Below are positions 31,420-42,346 of a DNA stretch of 64,000 nucleotides, piece by piece. This DNA comes from Cyanidioschyzon merolae (taxonomy: Eukaryota): NCBI GenBank assembly GCA_000091205.1, contig AP006493.2; one strand, written 5' to 3'. How positions within the stretch are numbered: the first letter of the stretch is position 1; every line of letters starts with the position of its first letter. A program made the position numbers and the translations under genes. The notes below the pieces were generated by a model. It was not told the origin of the DNA. It saw only the letters and a list, made by a program, of their open reading frames with translations, and searched no databases.

Positions 31420-32745
31420 TCAACGTTCCCACGGAGTGCGGAACTTGTCACCCACATAGACCGCTGACGAACCGAGCTCCTCTTCGATACGCAAAAGCTG
31501 GTTGTATTTCGCCAAGCGCTCAGAACGACACGGTGCACCGCTCTTGATCTGGCCGGTGCCGAGGCCAACCGTCAAGTCCGCAATGAAACTATCCTCGGTC
31601 TCGCCGCTGCGGTGACTCACCATGACCCCCCAGCGCAGGTCTCGGCAGAAGCGATTCGCATCCATGGCCTCGGTGACGGTTCCAATTTGGTTCACTTTGA
31701 GCAGAAGGGCGTTGCAGGCGCGTTTCTCCGCCGCGACCTTGATCCGGTCGATATTCGTAACCAGGAGATCGTCACCAACGACTTGGATCTTCTCTCCGAT
31801 TTGCTCCGTTAGCGCTGCGTATGCATCAAAGTCCTCTTCATGGAACGGATCCTCGACGGAGACCAGCGGGTACGTTCCGCAGAACGACTTGTAGAGCTGC
31901 ACGAGCTCGTCCTTGCTTACCAGCATGGAACTCGCCCCTTCGGGATGCTTAAAGTCCAGATCGTATTTCTGTTTCTCCTCGTTCCAGAACTGGCTAGCTG
32001 CAGCATCCATGGCGATGCGGACCTGTTGCTGGTACCCAGCCGCTTCGATTGCCTGGCCCAACAACTTGAAGGCCTCGTGGGCGTCCTGGATATGCGGCGC
32101 AAAACCGCCCTCATCGCCCACTGCCGTCGAGTCGATGCCATAGTGCTTCTTGATGATGGATTTGAGGTTCTGGTACACTTCTGAGCCCATGCGCATGGCC
32201 TCTGCAAAGGAGTGCGCCCCCACGGGCATGATCATAAACTCTTGCATCGCGAGTCGGTTGCCAGCGTGCTCGCCGCCGTTGATTACGTTAAAGCTGGGCA
32301 CAGGTAGTAGCATCGGCGGCTTCCCCGCCAGCTCATTAATATGTTTATACAGCGGTAACTGCTTCGCTGCAGCACCCGCGCGACTGACTGCCATCGAGAC
32401 GCCCAGAATGGCGTTCGCTCCAAGCCGGCGTTTGAAGCCGCCCGGTGTCCCGTCGAGTGCGATCATGCGCTCGTCGATAGCTCGTTGTTCCGTGGGATCC
32501 ATACCCTTCAACGCTTTTGCTATTTCTCCGTTCACATTAGCGATCGCTTTCGTTACGCCCTTCCCAAGGAAGCGAGACGGGTCACCGTCGCGAAGCTCGA
32601 GCGCCTCGTGTTTGCCAGTGGAGGCCCCGGACGGCACAGCTGCTCGGAAAAGGCCGAGCTCTGTAGTGACGTCCACTTCGATTGTGGGATTGCCACGTGA
32701 GTCAAAGATCTCTCGAGCACGCACAGACTGAATAGAAGAAGGCAT
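31420..32745 (-). CDS. ENO: Enolase (2-phosphoglycerate dehydratase), 441 aa, complete
   Basis: The ORF begins '[55 protein letters not shown]' and contains '[49 protein letters not shown]'. Both are canonical enolase signatures. Confidence 0.95.
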   Translation of the reverse strand: MPSSIQSVRAREIFDSRGNPTIEVDVTTELGLFRAAVPSGASTGKHEALELRDGDPSRFLGKGVTKAIANVNGEIAKALKGMDPTEQRAIDERMIALDGTPGGFKRRLGANAILGVSMAVSRAGAAAKQLPLYKHINELAGKPPMLLPVPSFNVINGGEHAGNRLAMQEFMIMPVGAHSFAEAMRMGSEVYQNLKSIIKKHYGIDSTAVGDEGGFAPHIQDAHEAFKLLGQAIEAAGYQQQVRIAMDAAASQFWNEEKQKYDLDFKHPEGASSMLVSKDELVQLYKSFCGTYPLVSVEDPFHEEDFDAYAALTEQIGEKIQVVGDDLLVTNIDRIKVAAEKRACNALLLKVNQIGTVTEAMDANRFCRDLRWGVMVSHRSGETEDSFIADLTVGLGTGQIKSGAPCRSERLAKYNQLLRIEEELGSSAVYVGDKFRTPWER

Positions 32746-33132
32746 TTTAATCAGAGCACGTCAGGGTTTCCAGCGGTATACCAATGTACTTTGGAGAATG
32801 GAAACTATACAGCGCATTGCGATCAGTTGCTGCCAGCATTCGATGGCTAGCGCGGCGTCGCAGCGCACGACGGCGATGGGCATCCAGAGGCGCAGCGCAC
32901 TGCGCATCGATACCATCGACGGCAGTTGCGCGTATGCAGCTTGTGGTGCTTACGAAGCACGGCAAGCGATACGTTGTTTTCATAGCATGCGATGGATGGA
33001 TATCGCGAGATATCCTAAGGGGTTTGCGTGCTGCTCGTGACCAGAGAAAGACGCCTGCTTTTTCGTATGAGCTTCGATGCATCGCTGACTCCGGATAAGT
33101 TTTCCCTTCTGGGAATAGGTGCGTAACGGATA

Positions 33133-33160
33133 GATGTATGTATGTATGTATGTATGTATG
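33133..33160. repeat. (TGTA)6-7 microsatellite
   Basis: 'gatgtatgtatgtatgtatgtatgtatgg' lies in the enolase/TAF10 divergent intergenic region. Confidence 0.9.
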
Positions 33161-34173
33161 GACGGATGGATCCACTCGGCTGGCGACTGCTGAGCCTCGC
33201 TAGCCGGTTACGCTCGGCATGGCGTCGCTATTGAATGCGCTAGCTGCGGACGCTGTTGCGATCCCGAGCGTGCGGAGCTGCAGCGCCAGCGAGGCGCACA
33301 GTGCCGGCTCCGCAGATCGACGGGATTGCATCGGAAGCGACGCAGCATTCGTTTGCAGAAGCGCATGCGGTAGCTGTGAGTACGAGCAATGACCGCAAGA
33401 AGCAGCCAATCATGAGTGATGCCGAAGCTTCAGGCACATAGACGGCGTCGATGTCGTGGAGTCGAGCTGCGGATGCACACAGCAGCGAGTGCGTTGCCAG
33501 CATCGCACGCGTGCCATGTGTGCGTTGCGAGGGATCTGGGCACCACCGGGTCGCGAATGCGCAGGAGCAGCAACCGTGTCGCTCGCTCCGCTCCAGCGTC
33601 CTTGCGCACCTGCATCCGTGCAGCTTCATCGGTCAACCATATCGATCTAGTACGGTATCTCTCTGACCACCACCTGAAATGAACGGTGCCTGTCCAGTTG
33701 CGCTGCGCGTCAGGCGCATGCAAAGCCAGTGCATCTCGCGAAAACCTTGCATCCTCAAGCACTCAATGCCAACGCCGTGACACAGGCACGCAGGTGTCCC
33801 CAACTGCGCTGTGGATGCGCTCAGATGCCTCGGGCCGGAACGCATGGCCTCGACATGCACCGCACGCGCGGCACGCGTGAACACACGGCATGCGGGTGGA
33901 TGCGTCGCTGGGTGCCAAATGTCGCATTTTGCTTGCATGGAGGTATGAACAAATTGATCCCTAAGTGTATATAAAGTACCCTGATCGCTGCCGATCCTTG
34001 GAGCCGCTCGGACCTGCAGGGGCAAATCATCCCTAAATGTCCGAACAAGGATTCATCAAACCAGCGTGTTGCTGCCGTCCACGACAGACGCTCCAAATTC
34101 TTTCGTGCGCTTTCGCCTGTGGAATCCCTGTAACCTGACGCTGAAGGGTTCATCCAGCCTGCCGTTCAGGTTC

Positions 34174-34611
34174 ATGACAGACGCTGGCAGGTGTATCGAC
34201 AATGATGACCTGGGTGACTTTATAGCGTCGCTGGAAGACTATCAAACAGCGATCCCGGACCCGCTCGTCCAACACTTTCTCAACAAAGCCGGGTTCCAAA
34301 CGGACGATCCTCGCGTCATTCGACTGGTAGCGCTGGCTGCGCAAAAGTTCGTAGCAGATGTTGCACACGAGGCACTGACACAGCGCCGTATTCACCGCGA
34401 GTCGCAACACAAGGGCTCGAGCTCCACAGAGGATGACAAAGTTGTGCTCACCAAAGAGGACCTCAAGTGGGCGTTGCAGGAGTTTGGTATTCGACTGGCA
34501 CGAACAGAGTACTTTGCGGATAATGTGAGCACCACCACTACCACCACTGCCACTGCTAGTGGTACTGGCGGTGGCGGCACTGCTGCTGGCGGTGGTGCCA
34601 GTGGCAGCTGA
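34174..34611 (+). CDS. TAF10: TFIID subunit TAF10 (histone-fold), about 145 aa
   Basis: 'DLGDFIASLEDYQTAIPDPLVQHFLNKAGFQTDDPRVIRLVALAAQKFVADVAHEAL...LTKEDLKWALQEFGIRLARTEYF' aligns with the TAF10 histone-fold ([56 protein letters not shown]...LTMEDLTPALSEYGINVKKPHYF). The start is taken at MTDAGR, although the ORF opens at 34066. The C-terminus is a T/G-rich tail. Confidence 0.8.
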   Translation: MTDAGRCIDNDDLGDFIASLEDYQTAIPDPLVQHFLNKAGFQTDDPRVIRLVALAAQKFVADVAHEALTQRRIHRESQHKGSSSTEDDKVVLTKEDLKWALQEFGIRLARTEYFADNVSTTTTTTATASGTGGGGTAAGGGASGS

Positions 34612-34646
34612 GTCCAGCACACGTGTCGGTTGGTATGGTCGCGGAT

Positions 34647-37600
34647 TCAGTTGAGACGGGTCACCGGCACCAGTCCATGCAGTACATCCTGAATAAGCGT
34701 GATAAGACGCGCTACAAACGGACTGGTTCGCATGGTTTGAGCGGAACCCACGAAGACGAGCTTGCAGCGAGCGCGTGTCATGGCAACGTTCAGACGTCGC
34801 CAGTCGCGCAACACCTGACCAATACGTGCATTCGAGTTGCTGCGCACAAGCGAAACAAGGAGCACATCCTTATCCCGCCCTTGGAACTGATCTATGGTGC
34901 GGCACTCGGGCAGCGTGCCGGCATTGCGGATTCGCTGACCTTGGTGAAACTGATTCTGAATTAGACTAACCTGAGCGCGCAGCGGCGACGTAATGCCAAT
35001 ATGCTGCCGCTCGATGCCCATGTCATCCAGCGCCTCTACGATACGAACGATGATACTGGCTTCGAAATAGTTGCAAATGCTCTCCTGGCCGCAGCGAAAC
35101 TCGCGGGCCCGGTCCTGTGCGGCGTCCGTATTCAGGAAGAGTACCCGCTTTCGAGGATCCAGCACGTGCACCAACCAGTCCGGCGTCGGCGAGACATAGC
35201 GCAAGCCCTGTTGCCGATTGGTCAGGTGTTGCTCGGCGGTTGCTTGATCACCACACACCAAGCTACCATTGTAGACGAGAGCATTGCTCAAGAGCATGAT
35301 ATCAGCAGCCATGCGGTACTGCCGATGGAGTACGACCACTGCTTCTGGATGCGCTGCACACAAACGAGTAAAGAGCGACTCGTCTGCACCCTGGGCTTGC
35401 GCGAGCGGATCACGTGCCAAGGGCGGCAGTTGTTTGTCATCACCAACGAGCACAAAAGCTTTCTGAGCGAAACGGAGCGGCCCCAGAACGACAGGCTGTG
35501 CGATTTGTGAAGCCTCGTCCACGATCACGTAATCGAACTTGCGCCGGCGATAGAAGACCGGATGACTTGCACCCAAGCAGGTTGTAGCGACAATGGCTGC
35601 CTCTTCGAACCGGGCGCTGAAAGCGTCCAAAGACGGTAACAGCGGACTAGGCGCGGGCTCTGCGGACGTATCCGGCATCTGCTCTGTGCATAGCATATAT
35701 GGCCAGAGCTGTGGATCGACATGGGTGCGATTCCCGAGTCGCACGAACTTGTGGACATTGTGCTCGACAAGTCGACGGAGCACATTGTCTACAGCAGAGT
35801 GCGTGTGACTTGCCAGCAGAACGCTGCACCCTGCATCGACAAGCAGCGCAACGAGGCATGCCACCGTGGCGGTCTTACCGGTCCCGGGCATTCCCAGAAG
35901 GAGCACGTAATCCTGAGACCGCAAAACGCGCTCGATCGCTCTTTTTTGGTCTTCATTCAAGTCTGCGGCAAAGCGCTCCATGTGCAACAAAGCAGATGAT
36001 GACGGACACTGCGAATGTTCCGCACCAGGGGACAATGTAAAACGCGGTGCCTCAAGATCGATCACGAGACGTCGGAGTCGCTCCGCTTCGGGATAGAGGA
36101 GCGCCTCGAGGTTTCCGTACATGGTGCTGAAGCCCGCCGACAACTCCTCTCGATCTACACGCCAACGAACGGTGCTTGCTGGTATACATTCGACCAGGGG
36201 ATGACGCTGGAGCCACTTAGAGCAGTCTCGCTCGAGATCGATCTCGATTTCGCCAGTTAATGGTTGCACTTGCGCTACAAAACCACCAGCTATGGCGGTC
36301 TCCTGGCGAAGTGGGTCCCAGACGTCCGCCGAGGGCGCCGCGGAAACGTCACCGCCGTCGGGCAGGGCACGCGGTGGTCGCCTCCAGTACAACGAGACAA
36401 GCACATAATCGCCGGTGAGCAGATCCCATCGAGCGCCTTGCATCGCCTCGAGGTGGAGGTCGTCAGACTCGGGGCACTGGCGCCACGCGGGCGATGCAGT
36501 CGAACCGCCGCACTTGTCCGATGCGCTTTCCACGACGATACGGAAACGATGCCGATAACAGTCTACAAAGCGCCCAGTGCCTAGACCGTTGGTTTTTTCG
36601 ACCTGGACCAACTCGAGCTCGCCAACACAGCGTCCAAGTTGCGATCGTTCTGTCGGCGACAAGAGCCACACTTCCTCACGGTTGGCGACGGCGGCCTCTT
36701 CTTCGAGCCGCGTGATGGCGAGCCAGTGTCGATAGTAGGCAACATGCTGGTTGGAGAGTCCATCGGCCATTTCCCGGAAGACTGCTGGAATCGCACTCGA
36801 ATGTGCTTCTCCAGAATCGATCACTCGGTGGTAGAGCGCGCAAGCATCGCGAACATAACAGAACGAACAGAGATTCTCTTGATGCTGCAGAGGAGGCGGC
36901 AGATGCAGCCAACTGCGTCCAACCGCGTCCAGTGGGTCCTCCTGCTCTGCAGCACTCGCAGAAGCTCTTCGGAATCTCAAATAATGAGCGAGTTTGTTTC
37001 TCGTCATGAGGATACCTATAAGCTCCGCTCGTACCATGGGTATCAAATGAAGAGACATGGTAAGTTGGCCATGCTCCCGATGCGCGAGTCGACTGCCAGC
37101 TCCGCAGTTGGATCCTGTTTGGTTGTTTTGCAGGTACAGCAGTATCGTCGCCTGCACAGAGGTTCCGTAACGCTCACTCAACAATAGCGCATATAGAATG
37201 AGTTGAGCTCTGTGAGCGATTCCACTGAAACCCTCCTGGCGTCCGGTTTTCAATTCCAGGCAGGTAATCGGCAGCGTCTGACCCGAGCGATCACGATCCA
37301 GCAACTCAGCAGCGACGGTGACGTCGATGCTGCCCTTGAGGCCGAAAATGGGACTCCAGATGCTCTCTTCGATGTCATAGAGCTTCTGAATGCGCATACT
37401 GTCGACGCCGCTCAAGTTGCATTGTCCTCTGACCTGGAGATGCACCCCGTGCTGCTCGCAGCAAAGGTGCTGTACATGGAGCGCGAGATCGGGCACGCTT
37501 TCGCGCAGATAGGAGAGCAGCTCGTCTTCGGACTCACCGAGTGCGTACAGTTCCGCATAGTAGCGACGAACTAACTGACACAAGTCTTCTTCGGACACTG

Positions 37601-39329
37601 TTGGCTTCGTCTCAGCGGAATGAATGCAGCACCAGAGGAGCTGCTGAAAAAGCTGATGGAGCAACGTTCCCCGCAGCGCTGCGCGAGTTGTTCGTGGCTG
37701 ATGGATGCTGTAACGATTACGTTCGCCCAGGACGACCCTACGGAGGCACGAGAAGGCGTTCGCTACACTCGTTCCGCTCACAAGAACGTCTGGGTGGAGA
37801 ATGCAAAGATTCTCCTCGGCGCTCACGATGAACGGATGCCCTGGAACATCGTTTTGAGCAGCCGCTCCCGAACAGCGTGCTTGAAATGGAGCGTACTCGC
37901 CAGCTGCGGTACAGCGCACGAGCCGAATCGTATCGCCTTGTTGAACATTCAGTTCGGACCATGAATCCTGCAGGACGACAATAAAGGACGCTGAGGGATG
38001 CGTTCTTGGTTCGGGATCCGAAACTGACGTGCCAAAGTGATCGCCCGCCCCGCAGGGTCGCACCAAAAGCGTCTGACTCGGTTTGCCATTAGCAGCACAG
38101 CTACGATCCACCGAGACGACCGTCAATCGCGGACTTGCTGCTTCCCGTGGACCAACCTTGCTGCGTAGCTGCCCCGTGCTCTCTGTAGAGCGCTCAGTAT
38201 ATAACTGGAAAAGATCCAGCATCGCCTCATCCTCTACTTCTAGATTATATGCATGCGCAGCATCCAGCGTATCTATACAAGTCAAACGGGTTTCCGTCGG
38301 AGCGTTCACTCCAGGTTGATTGCCTTCGAGCAGCACCGTCACCGCTCGAGATGCGCGTTGTACAAGACGGCGCCGCACTTCCGTAAAGGGCGTTTTCGGC
38401 GATATTGTTGTTGCCACTGGTGTGTTTTCCAGACCCGAAGAACGACGCCGAGAACGTAGTCGACGCCAAATCTCGAACGTCTGACTGTCCGGGGAGAAGC
38501 CCTCAGCCGAGACCGGCGTACCGTCAGCGTTAGTGCCACGGCCTTGTCCCGAGACTTCGGGACATTCGGAGCTCGCACGCCGTCTGAGATTCTCATGTGG
38601 TGTCTTTTCGGTCTCCAGAGTTGTACGGGTCAGCGTGCGGGAACCAACGCCGGGAGACACGCGGCAAACACGTCGGGAGGCGCTGTTCCAGACGATGCAC
38701 TGGCTTGCTTGTTCAACGGATGCACCATCGTCCACTTCGTCCTGAGGATCCTGCTCGATCGGCAGCAAACTTCTCACGCGAGTGGCTGCCGGCGTCTTCA
38801 GTGGAAGCGCTTCCGGGTCTCCCGTGCAGCTTCCCTGAGTTGCAACGTCCGGCTGCTTGTTCAGGAGACCCTGTTCTTCACGCCCATCGTTGATGGCGTA
38901 TTCTTGCATAAACAATTTGCCTGGATACTTTGTCGCTTGAGTTTCAGGATCTTTTGGTTTGCACGATGTGGAGTCGTCGATCTCCGCCGTTCGTGAATAG
39001 CAGTGATTCCGAGGTTCACCGCAAGCGATCACTGCATCTTCCCGGGCGTTTCGCTCAGATGCTTTCTCAACAGTCTCACGGAGTTGCACTGTCCGTGACG
39101 TATCCGATCGTGGATCTGTGGAAAACTTTCGAGGGAACTCAATCCGTGTAGCGCTTGGGCGAGATGCAGCGCCCGCCTCTTCGATGCTGTGTCTTCTGCC
39201 GCCTACTGCGACTTTCTGGTGATCTCGTTGTAAACTGCGTCCGACTTGATAATCAACGGTACCGCTTGTATGATCAATGGATTCGGGTTCACGGGAACGT
39301 TTCCGTTGCCGCTGAATAAAGCGCTCCAT
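34647..39329 (-). CDS. DNA2: DNA2 nuclease/helicase (DNA replication ATP-dependent helicase/nuclease), 1560 aa with a long disordered N-terminal extension
   Basis: The DNA2 nuclease domain is 'YDIEESIWSPIFGLKGSIDVTV...CLELKTG' with Fe-S cysteines 'CSFCYVRDAC'. The SF1 helicase motifs are 'LLLGMPGTGKTATVACLVALL' (Walker A), 'YVIVDEASQIAQP' (II), 'VLVGDDKQLPPL', 'TIDQFQGRDKDVLLVSLVRSN' and 'RRLNVAMTRARCKLVFVGS'. Confidence 0.85.
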   Translation of the reverse strand: MERFIQRQRKRSREPESIDHTSGTVDYQVGRSLQRDHQKVAVGGRRHSIEEAGAASRPSATRIEFPRKFSTDPRSDTSRTVQLRETVEKASERNAREDAVIACGEPRNHCYSRTAEIDDSTSCKPKDPETQATKYPGKLFMQEYAINDGREEQGLLNKQPDVATQGSCTGDPEALPLKTPAATRVRSLLPIEQDPQDEVDDGASVEQASQCIVWNSASRRVCRVSPGVGSRTLTRTTLETEKTPHENLRRRASSECPEVSGQGRGTNADGTPVSAEGFSPDSQTFEIWRRLRSRRRSSGLENTPVATTISPKTPFTEVRRRLVQRASRAVTVLLEGNQPGVNAPTETRLTCIDTLDAAHAYNLEVEDEAMLDLFQLYTERSTESTGQLRSKVGPREAASPRLTVVSVDRSCAANGKPSQTLLVRPCGAGDHFGTSVSDPEPRTHPSASFIVVLQDSWSELNVQQGDTIRLVRCTAAGEYAPFQARCSGAAAQNDVPGHPFIVSAEENLCILHPDVLVSGTSVANAFSCLRRVVLGERNRYSIHQPRTTRAALRGTLLHQLFQQLLWCCIHSAETKPTVSEEDLCQLVRRYYAELYALGESEDELLSYLRESVPDLALHVQHLCCEQHGVHLQVRGQCNLSGVDSMRIQKLYDIEESIWSPIFGLKGSIDVTVAAELLDRDRSGQTLPITCLELKTGRQEGFSGIAHRAQLILYALLLSERYGTSVQATILLYLQNNQTGSNCGAGSRLAHREHGQLTMSLHLIPMVRAELIGILMTRNKLAHYLRFRRASASAAEQEDPLDAVGRSWLHLPPPLQHQENLCSFCYVRDACALYHRVIDSGEAHSSAIPAVFREMADGLSNQHVAYYRHWLAITRLEEEAAVANREEVWLLSPTERSQLGRCVGELELVQVEKTNGLGTGRFVDCYRHRFRIVVESASDKCGGSTASPAWRQCPESDDLHLEAMQGARWDLLTGDYVLVSLYWRRPPRALPDGGDVSAAPSADVWDPLRQETAIAGGFVAQVQPLTGEIEIDLERDCSKWLQRHPLVECIPASTVRWRVDREELSAGFSTMYGNLEALLYPEAERLRRLVIDLEAPRFTLSPGAEHSQCPSSSALLHMERFAADLNEDQKRAIERVLRSQDYVLLLGMPGTGKTATVACLVALLVDAGCSVLLASHTHSAVDNVLRRLVEHNVHKFVRLGNRTHVDPQLWPYMLCTEQMPDTSAEPAPSPLLPSLDAFSARFEEAAIVATTCLGASHPVFYRRRKFDYVIVDEASQIAQPVVLGPLRFAQKAFVLVGDDKQLPPLARDPLAQAQGADESLFTRLCAAHPEAVVVLHRQYRMAADIMLLSNALVYNGSLVCGDQATAEQHLTNRQQGLRYVSPTPDWLVHVLDPRKRVLFLNTDAAQDRAREFRCGQESICNYFEASIIVRIVEALDDMGIERQHIGITSPLRAQVSLIQNQFHQGQRIRNAGTLPECRTIDQFQGRDKDVLLVSLVRSNSNARIGQVLRDWRRLNVAMTRARCKLVFVGSAQTMRTSPFVARLITLIQDVLHGLVPVTRLN

Positions 39330-40686
39330 AGGCAGGCAGCGGTCTGAAGTGCCCGCTGCGAGGCGGGAACGACAGCTTCCCGCACATTGCCTCGTAGACG
39401 GGCAAGCATCGGCTGCATTCGCGTGGGCGATTCAAATCACCATATGCGAAAATGATGCAATTTCTAGTACAAGATTGCCTTTTCCTTCGGTGAGCGTTCG
39501 CTGCAGCTGCTGTACACAAAAATCACGTAGCCTGTCAGGAGTGCGGGTTACGCTTTTGCTGTACCATCGATGCACCTAGACGGACGCTCTTGGATGGACG
39601 AATACTGAGGGTATTGAAGCTGGAACTGAGACGCTTTTGATGATCTGCACATGTTCCACTATCTCGAGCGCAGACACCGCCCAAACAACATCGATGTATC
39701 AAAGCGAGAGGCGCTCATGTGGCTGATCAATCCTTTCTCCGATACCTCCTGAGCATTTTCCTGAGATGCAAGAACGATGTACTGGAGCGGGCTCAATGGG
39801 TGTCAACCAGCTGCACAACAGAAGCGAGAAGAGCAACGTTATCCTGGGTGCTTCAACGGACCACGAGCAAGGTACCGGAGTCGCTTCGGGCTAACGCGGG
39901 ATGTTCGGGCGACGGAGGCAAGGAGGTCCCTCGATCGTATCATTGACCGAAATGAATAGAGGTGCGCAGGCCGTGACAGAATATGATGCGGGATTTCTGA
40001 GCAGTCATCCGCCCGTTCCGAAACAACTCGGCGGGATGTGGCAGGGATCCTGGAACCGGCCTCGAACTCGGGCTCGTTTTTACCTCCTACTTCGGTTTCC
40101 ACCTCAACTTTGGAAACATTCTCGGTCGAAGTTTCGCACGACATCTAGAAGGATGTTCGCGGTTGCATTTGGAACAAGCGACTTACCCTCCTATATGTTT
40201 AGGGAGCGGATACGAAGCTGTTGAAAGAGTGGTTCGTGGATTACATACCCAGGTGTTGGGGGTAGCTTCACGCGTCCAACAGCGTAACCGTCGCTTTCGA
40301 ATCGATATCAACTGTTCTACTGCTGATACTAGTGGATGGTGCGCGTGAGTCGACGAAGCATCTCTGGAGTACCGCAGCGCTATTCTTATTCCCTTACGCG
40401 CTACGACTCGATAGGTTTCGCATCATGGAATATTTGCGGGATAGCCGCGGTGTTGAACGACGAGATATCGAATTACCAGTACAGTAATGAAGAACTGATA
40501 CAAGTCGAGGACGCTACATTAGCGAAAGAGACCCAACCAGATACGGAGAAGGAGGCACAGAAGCCTCATGATTCACCTAGAAGCAAAATAATCAGAGAAA
40601 GTAGCTCATGAAACAGCCCGAAGAAGAAGACCAGCAAGAAAAAACAGAAGAATAGAAAGAAGAACTCGCAATCGAGCTCATCACGA

Positions 40687-41939
40687 GTGATCCCCCGAAG
40701 GAGCACCCAAGCGGGAACTCAAGAAAGCTGTCACCAAACTCAGTTACCTACTCACAGCGCTGTAGATCCGACAAGCCGTGCATCCAAGTCTTTAGACCAT
40801 TTCGGACGCGTGTTTGTGGATGGGAATCAGAAGATTGGTAGAGAACTGGGACTGCTTGCACCAGAACGCAACAGTAGCAAACCGCAGTACCCGAAACGAC
40901 GTAAAAAAGCACAGATTGATGAATGCCATCAATTCGACAACGTCGTCACCCGCACCGCCATGCGATCCAAAGCCGGAGACAAGAAAGCAAGTGCAGCCCT
41001 ACCGGCGCTAACGGCGCAACATGAAGAAGCTATCAAAAGAAGCAAGAATCCCTGTAGGGAAGACAAACGAACGGATACAAGCCGCAGAGACGCATATCTG
41101 GCCAAATCTGTGCTAGAGAGCACCAACCAAGATGAGACCTGGCGCTACGTCCGAACAAGACCTCATCCACCAAATCAGTGCGTGTCCATCACACCAATCT
41201 ACCATAAAGGAGAGCTGAAGATAGAAAGTCCCTCAGTGAATGGGGCCTGGACGGACCATTACACAGAGCTGTGTGCGGACCTCTCTTGATACTGTCAAGA
41301 CCCAAACTAAGACAACTTGACTCGCTAGAGAGAAAGGACGACCCAATCTTTTGGCCCGAAATATGTGAGATTGTACGAAGCTCAAGCAACCACAAAACAC
41401 CTGGCATTGACGGTATCCCTGCGCAGTGGATCAAACTGGTGATCCCAAAAGACGGGACAACAGGGACACCATCGATACCAGATGAACCTGACACAGTCTT
41501 AGGCAAACACTTTCTGGAGTGCATCCAACGCATCTTCGAAGAAGCGTACATCCCAGAGGTACGGAACGCTGCCGAGGTCGTAACCATCATGAAACTGGAT
41601 CCTCAAACATACATGAACAACTACCGGCCTATTAGCCTCATCCCGTCAATCATGAAGCTACTTTGCGCTATCCTCACGAACCGGATCCAGAGGGACCTCC
41701 AGGAGCGCAAGTTCTTCGCCCCAGAACAGGCTGGATTTCTATGCTGCGAACCGGATGAGCGCACGGGTCCAGCGCTTCGTCCATCTACCCACTGGTGGAT
41801 ACCGAGCAAAAGCCCGCGTCGCGAACCGACAACGCATGACATACACCATCACGAAGGAGAGGGGCGGCCCCCAGGATTCATCCTGACTCCCAATATTCCC
41901 CAGCGCGTCGTGCGTCAAGGGCAAGTCGGCATACGCTGA
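40687..41939 (+). mobile_element. Degenerate, 3'-truncated non-LTR (LINE) retrotransposon fragment encoding the N-terminal part of a reverse transcriptase
   Basis: Two adjacent frame-shifted ORFs encode 'KTPGIDGIPAQWIK' (the LINE RT domain-0 'PGPDGIP..F.K'), 'YMNNYRPISLIPSIMKLLCAILTNRIQRDL' (domain 1 'NYRPISLLN...KIL.K.LANRL') and 'PEQAGF' (domain 2). Similarity is lost downstream. Flanks are lower-GC and purine-rich (e.g. 40540-40680). Confidence 0.6.
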
Positions 41940-42346
41940 CTCGCTACCCACAAAGCGACGACGACACCGGACTCTACATTGCGTGAACATCGCCTCGAGC
42001 CGACGCCCTTTGTGATATAGCAAAGCCGTTCTGTCTCGGTGCTACATTCGCACCGGCGCTACGTGCGCTATCTCTGACGCTCGATAGAACATACGAAACG
42101 ACTAGTACATACGAGAAGAAGTACGCGGTATGGGACTCGGGCGTGGAACGATAGATGCTTCACCGAGCGCTGGTATCAAGCGCCTAGTCTCTGGGAACGC
42201 ATGCCTGCGCGAAAGCGTTTCGCCAAATTAAAAATCGGATTCCAGCACCTGAGCGGGTCCCGAGATGGAGGCTGCGCTGCAGCTCGAGTTTCTTGTCGCT
42301 TTTTGAGTAACGGAAACGAGTTTCACTTTTTTGACGTAGATGAGAA

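Noticed and set aside
33200-34060. Many overlapping ORFs of 60-130 aa in all six frames.
   Set aside because: This is a very GC-rich intergenic region where stop codons are rare by composition. None shows conserved motifs, and the frames overlap mutually, so they are treated as non-coding.
40687-41939. Whether the LINE fragment is instead an intact, expressed reverse-transcriptase gene.
   Set aside because: The RT similarity stops after domain 2. The frame is broken between the two ORFs, and the catalytic YxDD/FADD region is absent, so it is called a relic.
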